DNA from: Eubacteriaceae bacterium
GTDB lineage: Bacteria; Bacillota; Clostridia; Eubacteriales; Eubacteriaceae
Direction of reading: 5' to 3'
Length of the DNA stretch: 64,000 nt
Assembly: GCA_012522805.1 (NCBI GenBank)
Contig: JAAYJS010000033.1
Coordinates: 21,889 to 85,888 of the forward strand
A model generated the notes under the pieces. That model was not told the origin of the DNA. It did no database searches and saw only the letters and a program-made list of their open reading frames with translations. Both the position numbers and the translations under genes were made by a program. Below are positions 57,374 to 64,000 of the stretch, piece by piece (the first letter of the stretch is position 1; the number at the start of each line of letters is the position of its first letter).

Positions 57374-59150
57374 GGCAGCGGATACCCGCAACCGTTTAGT
57401 ATTAGTCGGTTTGAATGCCAAATATATCCACTCCAATTTGGCGCTTCATTATTTATATGATGTAGCCCAAAAGTGCGATACCAAATGGCATATTGAAAAA
57501 ATAGAAACCACCATCAACGATATTTTTGCAGTGACCTTGAGGCGACTGGTGGAAAGGCAAGGGGATCTCTACGCTTTTAGCTGTTATATCTGGAACATCG
57601 AGACGATTCTCAAATGTAGCGAAGGCATTAAAAAGAGCTTACCCCAAGCTAAAATTTTACTGGGCGGACCGGAGGTCTCCTACCGCGCAGCAAGTTTGCT
57701 CAAAAACAATCCTGATATAGATTTCGTCATATCGGGGGAAGGGGAAGTATCCTTTGAAAGATTGCTCCTTTCCTTTGGAGACCTTACGTCTTATCAAAAC
57801 ATTCCGGGTTTAATTTATCACTCGGAGACAAGAATTTATGAAAACCTACAGGTTCAAAACTCGGATTTCGAGTCGGTGCCGGACATTTATGCTGACAATT
57901 GGCAATCGGAAAAATGGCACAATCGCATTATTTATTACGAAAGCAGTCGGGGTTGCCCTTACCAATGCGCCTATTGTTTGTCCGCTATTGACAAAAGGGT
58001 GCGCTACAAACCTTTAACAGAAGTCAAGAAGGATATCGAAGGCTTTATCCAAGCCGGGGTTCCTCAGGTAAAGCTTGTAGACAGAACCTTTAATACCGAT
58101 ATGACACGGGCAAAGCAGATTTTCCGAATGATACTAAACTGCGAGGGTCACACCAATTTTCACTTCGAAATGACACCGGAAAACTTTGACGAAGAAATGT
58201 TCGAAATCATCGCCTCCGCACCCAAGGGCATTTTACAATTTGAAATAGGGTTGCAAAGCATCCATCCGGCGACCTTAAAAGCCATTCATCGGAAAAACGA
58301 TTTAGAAAAAGTAGCAAAACATATACGAAGATTGGTGTCCATGGGTCATTGTCACATTCACTTGGACTTAATTGCCGGACTTCCCGAAGAAACCATGGCA
58401 TCCTTTGTTGCCGGATTCAATTGGACGATGGGCCTGCAACCCCATATGTTGCAATTGGGTTTTTTAAAAGTTTTGAGCGGAACGCCTTTGTATCAACAAA
58501 GGGACGATTACCAATTGGTATACAACTCCTTTACGCCCTACGAAATTATTTCGAACGGTGCCATGACGGCACAGGAACTCAACGCATTGCGCCGAGTGGA
58601 ATTGGTGTTGGAACGCATTTATAATTCCGGATTATTTGCCACCACCTTGTATTTTTTGAAACAAGAAAATATACTGGGTGATTTCTATAATTTTTATCAG
58701 AAACTGGGAGATTGGTGGGTCAACCAAAACTACGATACCAGAGGCGTGGGCAAAAGAGAATTATTTTTACTTTTTTACACGTATCTCGTAGCCCACTATC
58801 CATTTACGTCAAACCAGAAAAAAGCTTTGCAAGAAGTATTGGCAGTGGATCTATTGCAGAGCGGTGAGAACAAAGTACCCGCTTATTTGGAAAAAGAATT
58901 GATCGTTTCTCACCAACTCTTTGAATGGTTGCATCAAAGCATCGATGCCGGCAACGTGTTGCCACCACCCATGGAGGGTTTTAAACCTAAAGAGCTGGTT
59001 AAGAAGATCAAAGTATTACCTCTTTCCTACGAGACCATGGCTTTGGTCTGCGAACTCAATCAAATAGCCCAATGCGGATCTTGGTTGGTATTCTTCGACC
59101 AAAATCGCCATGTTTTTTCGATGGAACCCAATGGGGTCCTATACACTTAA
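57366..59150 (+). CDS. B12-binding-domain radical SAM protein with a C-terminal DUF4080-like region
   Basis: The motifs LVLVGLNAKYIHSNLALHYL, radical SAM SRGCPYQCAYC and a C-terminal helical extension are present. The start is set at ATG 57366, overlapping the ychF stop. Confidence 0.75.
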   Translation: MCRAADTRNRLVLVGLNAKYIHSNLALHYLYDVAQKCDTKWHIEKIETTINDIFAVTLRRLVERQGDLYAFSCYIWNIETILKCSEGIKKSLPQAKILLGGPEVSYRAASLLKNNPDIDFVISGEGEVSFERLLLSFGDLTSYQNIPGLIYHSETRIYENLQVQNSDFESVPDIYADNWQSEKWHNRIIYYESSRGCPYQCAYCLSAIDKRVRYKPLTEVKKDIEGFIQAGVPQVKLVDRTFNTDMTRAKQIFRMILNCEGHTNFHFEMTPENFDEEMFEIIASAPKGILQFEIGLQSIHPATLKAIHRKNDLEKVAKHIRRLVSMGHCHIHLDLIAGLPEETMASFVAGFNWTMGLQPHMLQLGFLKVLSGTPLYQQRDDYQLVYNSFTPYEIISNGAMTAQELNALRRVELVLERIYNSGLFATTLYFLKQENILGDFYNFYQKLGDWWVNQNYDTRGVGKRELFLLFYTYLVAHYPFTSNQKKALQEVLAVDLLQSGENKVPAYLEKELIVSHQLFEWLHQSIDAGNVLPPPMEGFKPKELVKKIKVLPLSYETMALVCELNQIAQCGSWLVFFDQNRHVFSMEPNGVLYT

Positions 59151-59192
59151 AAAACCTTGTGATATAATAAAAAAAATATTAAGGAGTTACAT

Positions 59193-59687
59193 ATGTCCAA
59201 TAATCCAAAAGTAAAAATAACCATGGAAAACGATGCGGAAATTATCGTAGAATTATATCCGGAAGTCGCTCCAGTCACCGTAGAGAACTTTTTAAAATTG
59301 GTTAATAATCACTTTTATGACGGCTTAATCTTCCACCGTGTTATTCCCGGTTTTATGATTCAGGGCGGTTGCCCGAAATGCACCGGTCGCGGTGGTCCCG
59401 GTTACAGCATCAATGGAGAATTTAAAGAAAATGGTTTTGAAAACAATTTGAAGCACACCAAAGGGGTTTTGTCCATGGCTCGGTCAATGGATCCTGACTC
59501 CGCGGGCAGCCAATTCTTTATTATGGTAGAAGATGCTCCCCACTTGGATGGTCAATATGCGGCCTTCGGTCGCGTCCTATCCGGAATGGAAGAGGTAGAA
59601 CGCATTGTATCCGTCCAAAGAAATGCCTTAGATAAACCGATCGTCGATGAAAGAATGGAATCGGTCGAAGAAATAAAAGAAGCATAA
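59193..59687 (+). CDS. Cyclophilin-type peptidyl-prolyl cis-trans isomerase
   Basis: The motifs FHRVIPGFMIQGG and GSQFFI are present. Confidence 0.93.
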   Translation: MSNNPKVKITMENDAEIIVELYPEVAPVTVENFLKLVNNHFYDGLIFHRVIPGFMIQGGCPKCTGRGGPGYSINGEFKENGFENNLKHTKGVLSMARSMDPDSAGSQFFIMVEDAPHLDGQYAAFGRVLSGMEEVERIVSVQRNALDKPIVDERMESVEEIKEA

Positions 59688-59735
59688 GGACAAAGACCTT
59701 CTTGATAAACAGAGGAGGTCTTCTTTTAAATCAAA

Positions 59736-60359
59736 ATGAAAATAATTTTAGTCAGACACGTAGAGACCTACGGCAATGTGGAAAGGCGTTTAAACGGGCA
59801 CACCGAATCCCCATATACCCCAAGGGGAGAGCGAATGAAAATTCAGCTTATCGATGAGTTGGTGGATATGCATCAGAAAAGTCCCATCACCCATGTTTAC
59901 ACAAGCCCCACTCTCAGAGCGTTTAAAATTGCGGAAGCCTTTTCTTCCACTGTGGGTTTACAAGTTCAAACTCAAAAGGTCCTCAGAGAATACCACTTCG
60001 GTATTTTTGACGGCTTGAGTGAAGCAGAAGCGAGACAAATCGATGAACCGCTTTGGGAGTCTTGGATGCACGACCCCAACAACGTAACCCTCCCGGAGGG
60101 GGACAATTACATGGAATACCACAAACGCCAAGCCGGTTTTTTAAAAGAATTGCATCGTAACCATGCCGGCCAAAAGGCGAGAATTCTCATTGTATCCCAT
60201 GCCGGGGCTATCCACAGCCTTTTAACCAACTTATTAGACATCGAATTAGATAAAAAATGGCATTTTGACGTCGCGCTGGGTTCTATTGCAGAAGTGGACA
60301 CCATCGACGGATACGGTATTTTAAGACGTTTGTATTTACCGGATTACACAGAGGAATAA
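59736..60359 (+). CDS. Histidine phosphatase family protein (phosphoglycerate mutase/CobC-like)
   Basis: The N-terminal RHG-type motif (LVRHVETYGN) and the downstream SHAG histidine are present. Confidence 0.8.
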   Translation: MKIILVRHVETYGNVERRLNGHTESPYTPRGERMKIQLIDELVDMHQKSPITHVYTSPTLRAFKIAEAFSSTVGLQVQTQKVLREYHFGIFDGLSEAEARQIDEPLWESWMHDPNNVTLPEGDNYMEYHKRQAGFLKELHRNHAGQKARILIVSHAGAIHSLLTNLLDIELDKKWHFDVALGSIAEVDTIDGYGILRRLYLPDYTEE

Positions 60360-60370
60360 AGAGGTGCTCA

Positions 60371-61381
60371 TTGACAATCATTTCAAAAGAATTTCAAGTT
60401 ACACATTCGGAAGATATTGCAAGAATTTATGGAAAATATGACGAAAACATTACGACCATCGAACAACAATTGGGCGTTGAAATTGACAGCGGAGACGGTT
60501 TCCTTTCAATTAAAGGAGAGGAAGAAGCCGTCGAAAAAAGTCTCAACGTGCTCCAAGAAATACTAAAAATCATCAGCAAGAAGGGTGTCGTTACAAAAGA
60601 TAAAACAGAGTACATCATATCGCTGAGCCAAAAGGGCAAAGAGGAAAGGTATCAATCCCTCGATTCCACAGTCATCTGTTATACGGTTAAGGGCAAACCC
60701 ATCAAACCCAAAACACTCGGGCAACAAAGATACATCCAGGCGATCAAAAATAATGACGTGATTTTCGGCATCGGTCCCGCAGGGACGGGCAAAACTTATT
60801 TGGCCATGGCCATGGCCATTACCGCCTTTAAAAACGGCGAGGTCGATCGTTTAATTTTGACACGACCGGCGGTGGAAGCCGGCGAAAAGCTGGGCTTTTT
60901 ACCCGGAGACTTACAAGACAAGGTTGACCCTTATTTAAGACCGCTCTACGATGCCTTGTTCGAAATAATGGGATCCGATACCTTTCAGCGCAATTTGGAC
61001 AAAGGCTTAATTGAAGTAGCACCTCTGGCTTATATGAGAGGGCGAACATTGGAAAGAGCTTATATCATTTTAGATGAAGCTCAAAATACCACGCCGGAAC
61101 AAATGAAAATGTTTTTAACACGTTTCGGAAGCGGCTCTAAAGTGATTGTTACCGGCGACATTACCCAAATCGATTTGCCTTACGGCAAACAATCCGGGCT
61201 CAAGCAAGTGATGGGCATACTCAAAAATATTGAAGGGATTACCTTTACCTACTTTGATAAAAGCGATGTGGTTCGCCACCGTTTAGTAGAACAGATCATC
61301 GATGCCTACGATAAATTTGACAAATTTCGAAAAAAGAAAGACCAAGAGATGGAAAAAGCTAAAGAGCATGAAGAGAAATAA
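60371..61381 (+). CDS. phoH: PhoH-like ATPase (YbeZ)
   Basis: Walker A GPAGTGKTYLA and Walker B ILDEAQN are present. The start is TTG, and the gene holds the conserved position before ybeY. Confidence 0.9.
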   Translation: MTIISKEFQVTHSEDIARIYGKYDENITTIEQQLGVEIDSGDGFLSIKGEEEAVEKSLNVLQEILKIISKKGVVTKDKTEYIISLSQKGKEERYQSLDSTVICYTVKGKPIKPKTLGQQRYIQAIKNNDVIFGIGPAGTGKTYLAMAMAITAFKNGEVDRLILTRPAVEAGEKLGFLPGDLQDKVDPYLRPLYDALFEIMGSDTFQRNLDKGLIEVAPLAYMRGRTLERAYIILDEAQNTTPEQMKMFLTRFGSGSKVIVTGDITQIDLPYGKQSGLKQVMGILKNIEGITFTYFDKSDVVRHRLVEQIIDAYDKFDKFRKKKDQEMEKAKEHEEK

Positions 61382-61880
61382 CAACCTTCAAATAGATATC
61401 GACAACCGTACGGATACACAAATCCATCAGAACATTTTACAAATAATTCAAGATGCAGTTGCTCACACCCTAAACACCTTATCCTTGACGAGGGCCATGG
61501 AGGTCTCCGTTTCCATTGTGCAACCGAAAGAAATCAAAACGCTGAATGCGGATTATCGTGGCATACCGGAAGAAACCGACGTGCTTTCCTTTCCCATGTA
61601 TGCAAGTATCGAAGCCTTGCAGAATGCGCCACAAGAGCAACCCGCCATATTGGGCGATATTGTGCTTTCTTTAGAAAGGGCAGGGGAACAAGCCCGTCAA
61701 TACGGACATTCCTTGGAAAGAGAACTCTACTACCTAACGGTACACTCTGTTTTACACCTATTGGGTTACGATCATCTTCGAGAAGAGGATAAATTGCCCA
61801 TGTGTCAAATGGAAAAAACAATCATGAGCACATCGCCATTTGCCAATGATGACGATAAAGAAGGGAAGAATGAACACTAA
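61368..61880 (+). CDS. ybeY: rRNA maturation endoribonuclease YbeY
   Basis: The metal motif HSVLHLLGYDH is present. The start is moved to ATG 61368, overlapping the phoH end. Confidence 0.92.
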   Translation: MKRNNNLQIDIDNRTDTQIHQNILQIIQDAVAHTLNTLSLTRAMEVSVSIVQPKEIKTLNADYRGIPEETDVLSFPMYASIEALQNAPQEQPAILGDIVLSLERAGEQARQYGHSLERELYYLTVHSVLHLLGYDHLREEDKLPMCQMEKTIMSTSPFANDDDKEGKNEH

Positions 61881-62772
61881 TCAAAATTTTAAATCCGGTT
61901 TTGTCACCATAATCGGACGTCCAAATGTAGGGAAATCCACCCTCATCAACAATATATTAAAAGAAAAACTTCTGATCACCTCCTCCAAACCGCAAACGAC
62001 TCGAAACACCATTCGTCTCATCTATACAGATGACGAAATGCAATTGATATTCTTGGATACGCCGGGTATTCACAAACCGAAAACAAAGCTCGGCACTTAT
62101 ATGTCCAATTCGGCGGAAAATACCTTAAGAGAAGTCGATGGGATTGTCTATATGGTCGAACCGGAAGAAAAAATAGGCCCCGGGGACCGCTACATCATGG
62201 AAAAACTAAAAACCATCGATACACCTAAAATATTGGTCATCAACAAAATCGATCAATACCCCAAGGAACAACTTTTATCCGTCATTGAAAACTATAGCCA
62301 AGACGATATTTTTGATGAAATTATACCGATATCTGCAGCCAATGGCGACGGTGTCGATCTTTTGCTGGATATCCTGAAAGAAAAGATGCCACAAGGTCCA
62401 AAATATTTCCCGGAGGATATGATTATCGATCAATCCGAGCGTTTTATCGTACAGGAATTAATCCGAGAAAAGCTGTTGCGTACCTTGAGGGACGAAATTC
62501 CCCACGGCATCGCTGTCGAAGTCACTTCAATGAAAGTGAGGGAAGACAGCGAATTGTACGATATCGAAGCGACCATTTTTTGCGAAAAGAAAAGCCATAA
62601 AGGGATTGTCATCGGCAAAAAAGGCGGGATGCTTAAAAAAATAGGGACCGATGCGCGCAAGGATTTGGAGTTTTTCTTAAAGCAACCCGTTAATTTGCAA
62701 CTTTGGGTTAAAGTGCGCCCCGATTGGCGAGATAAATCCTACGATTTAAAAGATCTGGGATACCATGACTAA
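61870..62772 (+). CDS. era: GTPase Era
   Basis: The motifs FKSGFVTIIGRPNVGKSTL and DTPG and a C-terminal KH domain are present. The start is moved to ATG 61870, overlapping the ybeY end. Confidence 0.96.
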   Translation: MNTNQNFKSGFVTIIGRPNVGKSTLINNILKEKLLITSSKPQTTRNTIRLIYTDDEMQLIFLDTPGIHKPKTKLGTYMSNSAENTLREVDGIVYMVEPEEKIGPGDRYIMEKLKTIDTPKILVINKIDQYPKEQLLSVIENYSQDDIFDEIIPISAANGDGVDLLLDILKEKMPQGPKYFPEDMIIDQSERFIVQELIREKLLRTLRDEIPHGIAVEVTSMKVREDSELYDIEATIFCEKKSHKGIVIGKKGGMLKKIGTDARKDLEFFLKQPVNLQLWVKVRPDWRDKSYDLKDLGYHD

Positions 62773-62774
62773 CC

Positions 62775-63545
62775 ATGGCGCTTGTTAAAACAAAGGGGCT
62801 GGTTATCAGAGAAAGACCTTATCGCGAACAAGGGAAGATGCTGACCATTTTCACTGAAAAGGAAGGCAAAGTTAATGCCATCGCTCACAATGCCAAAGGT
62901 GTCCGTAGCCAATTGGCAGAATCCACACAGCTCTTTGCTTATAGCAACTTCAACTACTATAAAGGAAAGAACTTCGCCAATATCAACAACGCAGACAGCA
63001 TTCATTCTTTTTATAAATTGAGGGACGATTTAAAAAAAATGACTTTGGGTTCCTATATCTTGGAATTGGTCGATTTGTTGTATGAATGGTACCAAGGGGA
63101 TGCCCAAACGTTGCGCCTCATCATTCACGCCTTATACTATTTGGATGAATGTCAGAAAGGAAACTTGTTGGGTATCTTGGTATCCCTTCAGCTCAAACTG
63201 AGTATCTTAAACGGAATTCATCCAAAGTTCGATGGCTGTTCCAATTGCGGAAGCGAAGAGAATATTTTTTACTTCTCCCATGAAGCCGGAGGGGTCTTTT
63301 GTAATAATTGTCGTGACCAAAAGGGCTATAGTCGAAAAATTTCAACAGAGGCACGAAGACTTCTCCACCGGTTTTTACGCGAACCCCTCAATATGGCAAA
63401 GGCGCATGAGCCTGTGGATGAAACAATCATGCAAGAAGCGTTTATCTTAATGAATGCTTACCTATCAGACTATCTTAATAAAACAATACGATCCTATCAG
63501 ATGTATTTAGAATTATTTAAGGAGAATACCGATGCAAACTTATAG
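62775..63545 (+). CDS. recO: DNA repair protein RecO
   Basis: An OB-fold N-terminus (TKGLVIRERPYREQGKMLTIFT) and a Cys4 zinc motif (CSNCGS...CNNC) are present, and the gene holds the conserved era-recO position. Confidence 0.92.
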   Translation: MALVKTKGLVIRERPYREQGKMLTIFTEKEGKVNAIAHNAKGVRSQLAESTQLFAYSNFNYYKGKNFANINNADSIHSFYKLRDDLKKMTLGSYILELVDLLYEWYQGDAQTLRLIIHALYYLDECQKGNLLGILVSLQLKLSILNGIHPKFDGCSNCGSEENIFYFSHEAGGVFCNNCRDQKGYSRKISTEARRLLHRFLREPLNMAKAHEPVDETIMQEAFILMNAYLSDYLNKTIRSYQMYLELFKENTDANL

Positions 63546-63918
63546 AATGGCCCATATGATGATACGCGTTTTTGACTTAGAAAAATCCATCGAGTTTTAT
63601 GAAAAAGCTTTCGGATTTAAAGAAATTCGCAGAAAAGATAAGCCGGAAGGCAAATTTACTTTAGTTTATTTAGGCAACGAGACAATCGATTTTACTCTAG
63701 AACTAACCTATAACTACGATCCGGAAAAACCCTACGAATTGGGAACCGGCTATGGTCATCTGGCCATAGAAGTAGAAGATCTGGAAGCTTCCCACGCGTT
63801 TCACAAAAGCTTGGGCTTGGATGTTGCCAATTTAAGCGGCTTGGAGAAGGATGTCAAAAGTTATTACTTTATGACCGATCCCGACGGCTACAAAATTGAA
63901 GTGGTTCGAAAAAAATAA
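63532..63918 (+). CDS. Glyoxalase I / VOC-family lyase
   Basis: The motifs HMMIRVFDLEKSIEFYEKAFGF, GHLAIEV and DPDGYKIE are typical of lactoylglutathione-lyase-like proteins. Confidence 0.8.
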   Translation: MQTYRMAHMMIRVFDLEKSIEFYEKAFGFKEIRRKDKPEGKFTLVYLGNETIDFTLELTYNYDPEKPYELGTGYGHLAIEVEDLEASHAFHKSLGLDVANLSGLEKDVKSYYFMTDPDGYKIEVVRKK

Positions 63919-64000
63919 AATGAGCCTCTGAGGATTTCAACTTAAAACAAACAGCACGGAAGGCGTAACACAATAAACTTTCGGGTTTTTATTTTGAGTG

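Noticed and set aside
59692-59727. An imperfect hairpin (AAGACCTTCTT...AGAGGAGGTCTTCTTTT) follows the cyclophilin gene.
   Set aside because: It is plausibly the terminator, but the stem has mismatches and the T-run is short. It was left unlisted as a feature.

Overview
This window reads as a low-GC Firmicutes (Clostridia-type) chromosomal core region. It is almost entirely + strand; only four CDSs are on the - strand. Most of it is conserved housekeeping synteny: radA; ruvA-ruvB-queA-tgt-yajC; hpf; secA-prfB (with the classical +1 frameshift site); comEC-holA / rpsT / lepA-rho; comEA; ppdK; rplU-prp-rpmA-obg-yhbY-nadD-yqeK-rsfS; ychF; phoH-ybeY-era-recO. I recognised no rRNA, tRNA, CRISPR array, transposase, integrase or phage gene. 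The accessory or less ordinary content is as follows. (1) A 5' operon of CoA-transferase, GntP permease, crotonase, MaoC dehydratase, acyl-CoA dehydrogenase and EtfBA. (2) A YtrA-type GntR/ABC module. (3) A translationally coupled trio of TIGR01212-type radical SAM, Uma2-like and Sel1-repeat genes, next to a minimal P-loop protein. (4) A SCIFF six-cysteine peptide, missing from the ORF track, with its radical-SAM maturase. (5) A promoter-to-terminator ~250-nt noncoding unit directly upstream of hpf, which I interpret as a candidate raiA-motif RNA. (6) A second unexplained ~230-nt noncoding unit upstream of ruvA, ending in a perfect 22-bp hairpin. (7) A Rho factor with a tandemly duplicated cold-shock-type RNA-binding domain. 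(8) A four-gene YknWXYZ-like ABC module in which a beta-sandwich secreted protein sits where the membrane-fusion protein would be. All product calls come from reading the translated ORFs against remembered family signatures. No database or covariance-model search was possible, so family names are hypotheses to confirm.
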